Below, piece after piece: positions 16,547 through 33,289 of a stretch of 64,000 nucleotides of DNA. A model generated the notes under the pieces. It did no database searches, had not been told where the DNA came from, and saw only the letters and a program-made list of their open reading frames with translations. Position numbers and translations under genes: made by a program. Every line of letters starts with the position of its first letter. Within the stretch, counting starts at the first letter, position 1. The DNA is from the human T2T-CHM13v2.0 reference genome, Homo sapiens, in the NCBI RefSeq assembly GCF_009914755.1, contig NC_060930.1; one strand, given 5' to 3'.

Positions 16547-17764
16547 AGTCAAAGAGATGAGCAGATAAAGCATTAAGAATAAAGAATCTTTGCAGATGAG
16601 CAATCCGGGTTCTGGGTTTAAAAAAAAAAAATGAACCTGTGGCTGACGGTGGGGAAAGAGAAGAGGGAGACCCTGTGGTTTGCCCCTGCTTTCTAGTGAC
16701 ACGATTTACTTTGGTGATCGCTGCTTCCCTCCTTCTCTGGAGGCTCCGAGTGGGGAAATGAGGCTCCGAGCGCCTCGAAGCTGGGAATTAGGCCCTGGCT
16801 TCTGAGTTCCCCAGCTGCCATTCTACTCTAAGCAGAATAAGGTAAATTGATCTTGAAACAGTCACTGAAGGACAGAGTGAGGCAGAGAAGTCTGAATTAC
16901 CCTATAAAAATAATCAGACAGGGGCCCTTCTGATGGGACGGTGAGGCAGAGCAGTGCAGACAAAGATCCCCCTGTCTGTGGTGGGGACTTTAAAATGACA
17001 CCCCTCATGCACAGCACACACCTTCACACACACATGCACATGCTACTACCCGATATACTGACACCAGAGGTCCCTTCCATCTGCAGTCATCTCTAGGTGA
17101 CCAGAAATGGACCCCCAGGGTGGGACATCCCACCACACAGAACCCCCGACACCTCACTGGCCTGCAGTCTGCATCCGCCTCAGGATCAAAAGTTTAGAAA
17201 AACAGCCCCTCCTGAGAAGGCAGTCATGGTGGCAGCCCAGGCTGAAAGGCCCTCTGTCCTAGCCAGGAGGGGCCAGGGACAGGGCGTGGGGGCTGGCAAC
17301 CTTCAGAAGACTGGCTGAATTAACAGGGACAGTGCAGTGGTGGGCTGGGTAACCAAGCTGGCACTCTGGGCTTCTGGCCCTGGCCCTCCCACGAGGGCCT
17401 CTCCTGCTCTGGGACCTGGAATGCAGGCCTGTCTATACAAGGCCACCATGCTTGGGCTCCAGGAGTGGGCCAGGTACAGGGGGTAAGGGTGGGTGGTCAC
17501 CAGAGAAACACAGGGTGGGTCTCTGTTCTCTGAGAGCTGCTTCTCTGGCTGGGAAACAGATGGAGATCAGCCGACTGTCATGTGCTGTGAGGGAGTAAAC
17601 ACAAGGGTTCAAATCCTGGCTCTGCTGCTTGCCAGGTCTGTGGCATTGGGAAAGCCACTGGACCTCTCTGGGCCTCAGAGTTCTCATTTGTAGAATGGGG
17701 TGGAGTAATAATCTCTACATCACTGGCTTGTTGAGAAGATTAATGATATATAAAAAGATGTCTG

Positions 17765-18074
<310 letters not shown>

Positions 18075-18399
18075 GATGTCTGGTGCATAATATGCCCTCA
18101 ATACATAATGGCTGTTAATAAAATGGAGTCCTGGGTGCCAGTCACCATAGGGGCTCAGAGGGACCTAAGTGCTTACTGGGGACCAGTGTATCCTGGAAGA
18201 CTCCCTGGAAGAGTTCTGGAGCTGAGGAGGGGAAATTTGGGTAGAAAGAGGGGAGAAGAAAGAACATTCTAGGCCTGCAGGGGAACTGAGATGGAGCTTA
18301 GGGAAGGTTAATGTGGAAGAAAACAAAAAATTAAATGGAGGCAGCAGAGACAGAGGCCGAGGCAAGAAGGTCAACAGGGTCTTAGAAACCTGGCCCCGG

Positions 18400-18769
<370 letters not shown>

Positions 18770-19519
18770 CTATAAAGTGGCCCTAGGACTCCCTGACTAC
18801 TCAGAAGGTTAAGGGGAGAATTACCCGACTTGGTGGCATGAGCATGCCCACACCTGCTAATGCCAGTAAGTGGCGATGCTGCTGCTGCTGTTGATGCCAC
18901 TGGGGAGTTTCCATCCACAGAGGGACTGTCTTGGACTTAAATAGGTACTTCACAGGTGTGGCAGGGGCCAGTGAGTGGTGCTGTGACCTTCAGAGGTGTG
19001 CAGAGCAGAGCCATAGAGATTCGACTTAGCAGGAAAGTTTGCAAGGCAGGGGATAGCTGAAAACACACAGGTGGACTGGGCAGGACACCTGGGGACAGCC
19101 AGGAAGGCTGGACAGGGAGACTGGGTTACTGGGAGGTGATAGTGGAAAGGCAGGCACCAGACAGGGGAGGACCCCAGAGGTCAAGCTGGGGACCAAGCTG
19201 GGGCTTGGGGGAGCTGTGCCCACAGGGGCATTTAGAGCAGAGAAGTAACAGGATTGACCTGAGATTGGGGGAATAGGCCAAGTGGAACCATATAGGGTGA
19301 CAGGAGCCAATTAGGTGACTCTTGGGATTGTCCAGGTGACAGATGATGAAGGCCTAAGTAGGGTGGGGGGTTGCTTTGGAAAATAGTGTCAGGAGGCTTT
19401 TTGCAAAACAACAGAGTAAAAGAGGGGCTGTTGGCTACCTGAGAGAAAGGAGGTCAGGAACGAGCTCAACGGGGTCTTCCTAAATGTCTATTCGCAGGAG
19501 AGAGGGAAATCAAGTGTGG

Positions 19520-19915
19520 CACATTTGACAATGGAATATTATATTGCAAAGAGAATAAATAAAGAGCTCCCATCAGCAGGGTAAATTTGAGCAAAAAAAA
19601 AAAAAGTAAGTTGAAGAAAGATACATAGAGACTGTTCTCATCTGTATAATGTTTGAAAACATGTAATAATTCTATATATCATGTATGGGCACACATGTAG
19701 CAAACATTTAAATAATTTGTAGGAATGATAAATAACAAATTCAAGATGGTGGCTGTCACTCTGGGGAGGGGGATGCAATGGGGAGGAGTATTCAAGGGGC
19801 TTCAAGTCTGTTGGTAATGGTTAGTATTGGAGCTGGGTGGTGGGAACACAGAGGTTAAATCTGTTCTTCTCTGTACCTTTTTGTGGCTGGAATATTTCAC
19901 TTAAAAATAAAAAAA
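19520..19915 (+). mobile_element. Old L1M 3' fragment
   Basis: CAATGGAATATTAT..., AT-rich L1ME-like 3' end signature. Confidence 0.55.
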
Positions 19916-19920
19916 GAATG

Positions 19921-20308
<388 letters not shown>

Positions 20309-20686
20309 TTATCCTCTCAGCCCCTGTGGGCTCAAGACAAGCAAGGGAAAAGATAAAATGTTAAAGGGGTTTGCAGGGGTGGCAGGACATCAAGTGGCTC
20401 CCATGCCCAGGACTGGACAGATGGAAATTGGCAAAGCACATCTGGGCCCACATCTGGTGGTGGGGCAGGAGATGTGGCCACAAAGGAAGGTGGGGATAGT
20501 CCGGGGATGGCAAGGAAGGAGAACCACAAGACAGGGCAGTCCTGAGGGTTCACTGTGACAGAGGCCAAAGGGTTCCCAAAATTCGAGGCCTGGGAGCTGC
20601 TTCCATGGACTTGGCAACTGGAAGCTTCTGATGCCCTAGGACAGAATAGTTTCTAAGAAGAGTGAGGGCAGAATGGTGGGTTAGGG

Positions 20687-21023
20687 CAGCGGTCCCCAAC
20701 CTTTTTGGCACCAGGGACTGGTTTCGTGGAAGACAATTTTTCCATGGACCAGGGTGGGGGTGAGGGGATAGTTTCGGGATGAAACTGTTCCACTTCAGAT
20801 CATCAGCCATTAGATTCTCATAAGGAGCACACAGTCTAGATCCCTTGCATGCACAGGTCACAATAGACTTCACACTCCTGTGAGAATCTAGTGCCACCGC
20901 TGAGCTGACAGAGGCGGAGCTCGGGTGGTTATGCTCCCTTGTCAGCCGCTCCCCTCCTGCTGTGCGGCCCAGTTCCTAGCAGGCCACGGAGCAGGTCCAC
21001 GGCCTGGGGGTTGGGGACTCCTG
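20687..21023. mobile_element. MER1B (hAT-Charlie DNA transposon), full length
   Basis: TIRs CAGCGGTCCCCAACC / GGTTGGGGACTCCTG; perfect 8-bp TSD GGTTAGGG at 20679-20686 and 21024-21031; 337 bp. Confidence 0.9.
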
Positions 21024-21226
21024 GGTTAGGGAGTCTGTATGTGGAGGGCAAGTAGAGGCACAGGTGTACGTCTCTCTTTCAGTGAGTTTAGTAAGCAGCA
21101 AAGGGAGAGAGAGAGGAGACCCCCAGAGGTTGAGAGGAGGTAGGACATAGCCAAGGAATGTCAAGAAAATGTTTTATTATTAATTTTCTCAGCAGTGATG
21201 GTTATATGTGCCTCAGTGTATTTTTA

Positions 21227-21508
<282 letters not shown>

Positions 21509-22383
21509 GCAAGGGAAAAGGCAGAATGGGCTCAGATTATATACCTCTTTATGAGTGCATACATGAGCCAGCCCTTCTCCAGCAGACTCAGCAGTTCCCC
21601 TGGTTCTGATGTCTCCTTCCTTGTTATCTCCCCGAGAACTCAGGAACAGGGGACCCCTTCTGGGAAGGGCAGCCTAGAAACAGTCATGGGACTCACAGCT
21701 GGCAGTGGGAAGTCAAGAGCGGGTGGGAATCCCATCCCCAAGCAGAGGCCTGGGCTTGGTGACACTGAAGGAGGGTATGAGGCGGTTCAGGGGCTCCTCA
21801 ATAGTTAAGACAAAGGCGGCTCTGGCAGATGGGCCGCAGGGTGGAGCACCTGTGTGAACAGGAGGCAAGGGAGGTGGCAGGGAACACAGGGCTGGCCTGC
21901 CTGTTAGACCTGCTAAGGCCTTCACCCCGGGAGCCTTCTCACCTCCCTGCACCCCTCCTCTATTGCAGTCGCCACCCCCACCCAACCACTACACCATTCA
22001 CACAAGTTTCTCTCCTACTTCTTCCGTGGAATTCCTTCCTCATCCTTCTCTTGCTTCCTGCTTTGCAAAGACTGCTCAGCTGTCATTGGCTGTCCCCGGG
22101 TGCCCTCTCCCACAACCCGCTCTGGTCCTCAGCTGTCACACCTTTGCCACGACCCACCCCCAGCTTCCTGACTTTGCTTCCGCATTGGAGAATCACCCCA
22201 AACTGACGTGTGTATCTTTCCCTATCCCAGAGCGCACCCAGTCAATCCACAAACCTTTATTGAGCATCGATTCTACACCCAGCCTGGGGCTGGGTGTTAC
22301 AGGTAATATGGAAAGCAATGAGTAGGCACAGGCCCTACCCTGAGGGGCTAACAGAGCAGCTGGAAAAAGAACACTGATAGGTT

Positions 22384-22654
22384 GTCCGGGCGCAGTGGCT
22401 CACACATGTAATCCTAGCACACTGGGAGGCCGAGGCAGGCGGATCACTTGAGGTCAGGAGTTCAAAACCAGCCTGACCAACATGGCCAAACCCTATCTCT
22501 ACTAAAAAAAAAATATTTAAAAAAATTAGATGTGGTGGCAGGCACCTGTAATCCCAGCTACTGGGGAGGCTGAGGCAGGAGAATCAGCTGGCCGACAGAG
22601 CAAGACTCCGTCTAAAAAAATTTAAAAATTAAAAAAAAAAAGAAAGAAAGAAAA
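22384..22654 (+). mobile_element. AluS with right-arm deletion, among L2 fragments
   Basis: Alu body; flanks resemble L2 (ATTTATTGAGCA... motifs near 22255 and 22910). Confidence 0.85.
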
Positions 22655-23348
22655 TAACACCGATATGTAAAGAAGTAAAATAAGTCAAGATAAGGCCCCA
22701 TACAAAAGAATATGCTTGACTCCCTTCTGCTGTAAGCACTCCCCATATAGAAAAGGGTCTTCTTATGACACTCCCAAGGAGTTTAATTTTACAAAAGTCT
22801 TTCCCATAAAAATTGTTATTAATATGGTGACAGAGAAGGCAGCTGCATAGAAAAGAATAGAAAGCAACAAATTATGAAGTATAACCGAGGTTAATCATTC
22901 ATACATTCAAAATTTATTGAGAACTTTCTGCATACAAGGCACCAAGCTGAGCTCTGAAAGTACAAGATGAATAAGACACAGTCTGTCTCCTCAAAGAACT
23001 CCAAACAGATACATATATAAGCAGAAGAATGACATATATATATATGAAGCTTATAGATATAGACAGATATATAAGCAGAAGAATGACAATACAACATTCA
23101 GTTTGGGGATGGGAACCCAGAAAAGGATGTGTGCAACTTCCCTGGGGTAACCTGGGAAACTTCACACCAGGGAAGCACTTGAGCTGGATGTTGAGAGGTG
23201 CCTGAGCAGAGAGGACAGCACGTGAAGGGCACAGCGTCTGAAAGGAGCTGATCTGTTCAGAGTGCCCGTGTCCAGCAGTCATGGTAGGAGAATTAGGCCC
23301 AGAGACATAGATTGGAGTCAGATTATGGAAAATCACTGGCCTGACTCA

Positions 23349-23742
<394 letters not shown>

Positions 23743-24186
23743 TCATGATTTTTTTTTTATAAGAGGCATTTGTAGATTAGATGTGAGGGGGACAAGCTTG
23801 AAAATCAACAGGCCATTCAGGCCTGGGTGTGAGAAGCTGGATGGGGGTGGTGGCTGTGAACAGAGAGGAAAGGAAATGGAAGGGATGCCCCACCCACAAA
23901 GGAAGAGAAGAGGTGAGACTGGTTCCACAGGTGGGAGGCAAAAAAAACAAAGATATACAGGGAAACTATGGCTTTCAGCCTTAGGTAACGGAGTGGCAGA
24001 AGCCACTGGCGGAAGTCAGGATATACGGAGCAGAAACTCGATTTGTAGTACACGATGAGAGGATTGGTCTGGGTCAAGTTGAATTTGAGGTGACATCAGA
24101 AAACCCAATGGGAGCAGCCTCTAATAAACATGGCAGATTGAGCTCATGCACTTTCCTTCATGCCGTCCTGGAGCCCTACTGAGCTA

Positions 24187-25390
<1,204 letters not shown>

Positions 25391-25699
25391 CAAGCCTATT
25401 TTTTTTTAAAGAAAAAAAGAAAAATCAGGCAAACTGGTTGAAAGTCAGTTTAGGGAGTAGTGAGTCCTCCAGACCCCCTACCCCACTCTGCCACTCCGTA
25501 CAGGCAGGCCTCTTCTCCTCCCCATACCATGGCAGATGATGGGAGATGAATATTCTGGAGGGGTAGAGGGTCTTTGGGCTGGGAGATACTGATGTGGTTG
25601 AAGCAGGGACACTCCAGGGGGATTGAGAGCCATAGACATCAAGGGTTCCCAAAGGTCAGGTCAGCAAGGCCCACTCGCAGACACAGAGCTTTTAGAATC

Positions 25700-26830
<1,131 letters not shown>

Positions 26831-28836
26831 AGCAGAGGATGGGCATAAGGAAGAGGTTAGAGGACCCCAACCCGGGAGGAAAGAGCTACGAGGCCAGAAC
26901 AAAGAAGGCAAAGGCTCTGGAAGGGAGTTCCCGCAGAAGATGAAACTCACAGAATGCCTGACATGTGAACACACTGGTGAGATCTAGTGTACTATGGGGA
27001 CGATTTGGGGTTGAATCCCTAATATGATAATAAAGAGAACTAAGCAAAATGTTGAAGGAAAAGTAATAATAACATACTATGTGGTTTAGCTGTACATGAC
27101 AGTTAGTCTTAATAATGAAAACACAGAATCCTAATTTAACCAAAAGGATGGTGTAACCGTATTGGGAGTAGGGGAGACAGGCAGGGATTGCTGGGGGAAG
27201 GTTACAAGGGGGTGAGCGGGTGAAAGGGATTGAATCCACGTCTCATGGAGTGTGGGCTTAATGAGTACCTGAAACTGAAAAATCAAAAAGTAGCAATGCA
27301 AGTCTCTTTTCAACCCATATGATGCTGAAAATCAAAAGAATCCTCTAGAAGAACTGAAAGTGGCTGTGTCTAGGGAGCAGGCAGGAGAGGCAGGGGCAGT
27401 CAGGATGCTCCTGCCTTTCTTAGTAAGCTCAGTGGAACCAACTGATGATGCTCTCAACCCGGTCCGGAGCTCTCTGGGTTGTCATTCCGTGCTTACTCAT
27501 CTGTGTGTCCTCCAGAAGGTGAGAGCCACTAGGACAGGGACCAGACCCCTTCATCCTGTGGCCCACCACCTAGCCCAGAACCTGGCGGACTGCAATTACA
27601 CATTTGTGGAATGAATCATTGCAGGTTCAAGCTAGAAGAGAACTTTCATTGCAACCCTATCATTTTACAGGTTAGAAAACTGAGGCCCACAGAGTAGAAA
27701 TGACATGTTCCCCAATGCTCAGGTGGTGAGTTAGACAAGCAGCTCTCTTGGGGAGAGGACTTAAAGAGAGAGAACAGAGAGAACAAGAGGAGGGAAGATG
27801 AAGCCATCCAGAAGGAGGAGGTATTAGAGAGGCTCAGGTGGCTCCTAACGGAATTGTGTAACATCGCCCAAGCCTCTCAAGAGAACAGCATTCCACAGAA
27901 GAGGAGGTAGCCACCTGGGGCCCACCAGGGGACTCCTCCCTCTGAGGCCCCACTGGAGCTAAAAGTTTAAGAACACACCCCATGGCTGCAATCCAGGGCT
28001 CAGGAAGCTGCTACTGCTGCCCCAAACCCTCCTGTCAACACCCAGCAAACTCCAGAATGGATCCTGGAATGTTGTTGCAGAAACACTTCACATCTCCACC
28101 ACCTCACCTGGGAACAAAAGCTGCGAAAGGGGCAAGAAAGTGGCCTCTGCTTTGCTTCTGCCTTCCAAACACCACCAAAGGTATGACATTATCTACCTAA
28201 ATCCTTATGGAAAGGAAGTTTTGAACAATGCTGCTTTCAGTGTTCCAACATTTCCAGGGAAGTATGGACCAGAGATTGAACGACACTTCAGATTCTACCA
28301 CACCCTCTGTTGTATTCATGCCTTCCCTTCCATCTGAACCTCTGTCCCAGGCAACTGCTCCAGAAACTTCCCTTTTCTTCTGAGGCCTCCGAAGGAATGC
28401 CCGCCAGCACACTGGTAAATTCATGCAAAAAGATGCCCAGAGGGGCCCCTAGTCAACCAGTTCTGCATATAGCTCAACTCGGAGTCCCAGTGTGGCTTAG
28501 CGAGGACACCCTGCTTGACTTGCTTGGGGACATATTAGCATGCTGAACAGTCAAACTTATCCCTCCCCTCTCACCCACCAGAGAGAGCGTCCAGCTAATC
28601 CAGAGGGAGGAGGGATTTCAGGGTCAGCTTGGTGACCCAAGAAGCATGTTGGGCGGGATGCCTGAGTCTGAGACAGAAAAGGCTGAGGGGAGCCGAGAGT
28701 TCAAGAGAAAGGAAGCAGATGACGCTTTCCCCAAAGGGAGTCTGACGTGATCCCTCAGCTCATGGAATCCAGCGGTTACCCTTCTGAGCCTTGGTTTTCT
28801 CATCTGTAAAGTGGAGCTGGAGATAACACTCTCATA

Positions 28837-29183
28837 ACACAAAGAAATGATAAATGATTGAGATGATGGATATGCTAATTATTCTGATTTGATCACTACA
28901 CATCATATGCATGTATCAAAATATCACTCTGTATCCAGTAAATATGTACAATTATTACATGTCAACTAAAATTTAAAAACTACAACAAAGAAATGTTTAT
29001 TTGTGCAGTTTCTACGCCAAAAACTCCTCAAACTTCAAACAAGAACGTGACCAATTTTATATGATCATATCAAACAGTCTCCCTTATTTTTAGAGCAGAA
29101 TGAGTCAATGGATTTAATTTAGCAAATGGCCGGGGCGGGGGATGTTTAAAATAATTTTATTATAAAATTTTCATATTAAAAAA
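28837..29183 (+). mobile_element. TSD-flanked retroposed segment containing an L1MA-like 3' end, inserted in a MIR
   Basis: 16-bp TSD AGATAACACTCTCATA at 28821-28836 and 29184-29199; L1MA-like 3' UTR ~28837-28980; MIR sequence on both flanks. Confidence 0.7.
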
Positions 29184-29301
29184 AGATAACACTCTCATAG
29201 GAATGTTGTGGGGAACATTGTGTTGTAAAAAAATAACACTTGGAAAGCTCTACAAAGTGCAAAAATCACTTTCAAATGTGGTGACTTAAAACAGCAGCTA
29301 G

Positions 29302-30202
29302 AGCCGACCTGTCCGGGAGGTGAGGGGCGCCTCTGCCCGGCCGCCCCTACCGGGAAGTGAGGAGCCCCTCTGCCCAGCCAGCCGCCTCGTCCGGGAAGGA
29401 GGTGGGGGGGTCAGCCCCGGCCAGCCGCCCCGTCTGGGAGGGAGGTGGGGGGGTCAGCCCCCGGCCCGGCCAGCCGCCGCGTCCGGGAGGTGAGGGGCGC
29501 CTCTGCCCGGCCGCCCCTACTGGGAAGTGAGGAGCCCCTCTGCCCGGCCAGCCGCCCCGTCCGGGAGGGAGGTGGGGGGGACAGCCCCCCGCCCGGCCAG
29601 CCGCCCCACCCGGGGAGGTGAGGGGCGCCTCTGCCCGGCCGCCCCTACTGGGAAGTGAGGAGCCCCTCTGCCCGGCCACCACCCCGTCTGGGAGGTGTAC
29701 CCAGCAGCTCATTGAGAACGGGCCATGATGACAATGGCGGTTTTGTGGAGTAGAAAGGGGGGAAAGGTGGGGAAAAGATTGAGAAATCGGATGGTTGCCG
29801 TGTCTGTGTAGAGAGAGGTAGACATGGGAGACTTTTCATTTTGCTCTGTACTAAGAAAAATTCTTATCCTGTTGATCTGTGACCTTAACCCCAACCCTGT
29901 GCTCTCTGAAACATGTGCTGTGTCCACTCAGGGTTAAATGGATTAAGGGCGGTGCAAGATGTGCTTTGTTAAACAGATGCTTGAAGGCAGCATGCTCGTC
30001 AAGAGTCATCACCACTCCCTAATCTCAAGTACCCAGGGACACAAACACTGCGGAAGGCTGCAGGGTCCTCTGCCTAGGAAAACCAGAGACCTTTGTTCAC
30101 TTGTTTATCTGCTGACCTTCCCTCCACTATTGTCCTATGACCCTGCCAAATCCCCCTCTGCGAGAAACACCCAAGAATGAACAATAAAAAAAAAAAAAAA
30201 AA
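29302..30202 (+). mobile_element. 5'-truncated SVA retrotransposon (VNTR + SINE-R + polyA)
   Basis: GC-rich VNTR units (GGGAGGTGAGGGGCGCCTCTGCCCGGCCGCCCC); SINE-R ending GAGAAACACCCAAGAATGAACAATAAA(A)n. Confidence 0.96.
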
Positions 30203-30207
30203 TTTCA

Positions 30208-30531
<324 letters not shown>

Positions 30532-30688
30532 TTAGGAACCCCATTTTAAATGCCACTGTAAACACAATTTATTTTATATCAACTTTAAATATGAAAGCTA
30601 CACTCAAGTAAACCAAACAGCATATTACCTATGAATCTTTACATGTTCATTTAAAAATTTCAGCCCAATATATTAGGAACCCCATTTA

Positions 30689-31057
<369 letters not shown>

Positions 31058-32355
31058 CTACCCATTATGTTTTGGCTGGCATTGCTCATTTGTTTGCATT
31101 CAGCTGGCCATTCAGCTGGGGTGGCTGGAAGGGGTGGAGGCTGGCTGACCTTCTTTCTCGAGCAGGGTGGACTGACTTCTTGTATGGTGGCCCAAGGCTC
31201 CAAGAGAATACAGGCAGAAGCAGCCAGGCCTCTTAAAGCCCAGGCTGGAACTGACACTGCAACACTTTTGGTGCGTTCTGTTGGTCAAAGCCAGTTCCAA
31301 GGCCAGCCCAGAATCAAGGGGAGGGGAAACAGCCTCTACCTCCTGGTAGGAGGAGTGACACGACCTAGGGAGAGGAGAAATTGTGGCTGTCTTTGAAAAC
31401 AGCATACCCGGCATGTAAGTTTGGACAAGTGGTGGAAGCCTGGCTTGCCCAACTGGACTAGCACCCTCTCCCAGACTTTCCCAGACCACGCTGACTGTAC
31501 CACTGGGGTCCTGAAGATGATTTGGTGGACCTTGGGAAGCAGCAAATTTGCATTTTGAATTCTCTTTCAATTCTTCTGACACCATCAAAGAGAATCATCT
31601 CAGCCTAGTGCAGCCTATCTGCAACGGCTCTCAAGCACCAGTGAATCGCTGGGTCAGAATTTAGCAGCATCTGGCAGCAAAAGTATTAAAATGTAGCACC
31701 TTGCTTTGTTTCCCCAGCATGCATTTTTAAGATTGCCAAGTGACACTGGCTTTCCATTCCTGAAGGCAGTAGGGAGTTAGCTAAATAAAGAGAGCCACTT
31801 CAACACAGGCATCAGAGCCCAAGGGCTGCTCAGCTCCAGGCTACAAGCTGTCTTCTGATAACACCCCTTTGTCCCCAGAGAAATAGTCAATACCCGCAGA
31901 CCTCACACCCTTAATCTGTCCTCTTTACCACCCTCACCCATCAAACATTTCCTCCTCAATATTAAATTCCAGCCCCACAGAGCTTTTGTGGCATATTTGC
32001 AAGCCTCTTCCAGAAACTTCTCCATGCACTCTCCCCACTCTCTCTTCCCATGGAGGGTGGTGCAGTGGGTCCTGGGGCCAGAACACATGGGTAAAGTCCT
32101 GGGTCTATCACCTGCCGGGCACACCCCACCCCTCACATTTGCAGCCCAGGGCAAGAGTGCAAAGGAGCCTCCCAAAGGAGGCGTCTTGATAGTTAAGGGT
32201 TACAAATAAAGCTGTCCACCCATTACATAAACTATGTCCCAGCTTCCTAGCTGGCAAACATATCTTCCTAGTAACCAAAAAATACGTGTGTGTGTGCACA
32301 TGCACCTGCAGAGCTAGGTTTTCATATGATAAAAGATAGCAAAATATAACAGTAA

Positions 32356-32704
<349 letters not shown>

Positions 32705-33289
32705 TAATACTGCATGTCTGTGGGTCCTCTTGTTGGGCTGTCAATGTTTGGATGAAAAATCAATAAAACATCTGTGATTCATGAGGTATAATATTGTCTT
32801 CTGTAACATTTCTTTTTCATGCTTTCATTTCAGTAAAATCAGGTATGTTTTTATAATCAAGATTTTCACGTAATTTATTAATAGTAATAATATAAAGATT
32901 AAAAATAAAATAATTGTGTTCAAAATATACATTTAAATGTATTATTATGAATGCATTTAAAGTAAATGTAATAAAATCAAAAATTAGAATCATTTACTTT
33001 AAAATATAAATTTTTTATTTTAAAATATTCAGCATTATCTATTACAATTGAAAAGGAAAAAATACAAATTATAATTGGTGAATACCAGTTAATTATTTGT
33101 CTGTACATGAATATCACACTGTAATTTTATGGTAAGTCTTGAAATCAGTTAGTGTTAGTCCTCCTATATATATTTAATAGAAACAGGGCCTCACTATGTT
33201 GCCTTATCTCAAAGTCCTGGGTTCAAGTGATCCTCCCACCTCCACCTTCCGAAGTGCTGGGATTAGCATCAGCCACCGTGCCCAGCCCA

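Noticed and set aside
29347-30180. ORFs across the GC-rich repeats, and a CRISPR-like appearance of repeated units
   Set aside because: SVA VNTR and SINE-R; adjacent units with no unique spacers, in eukaryotic DNA.
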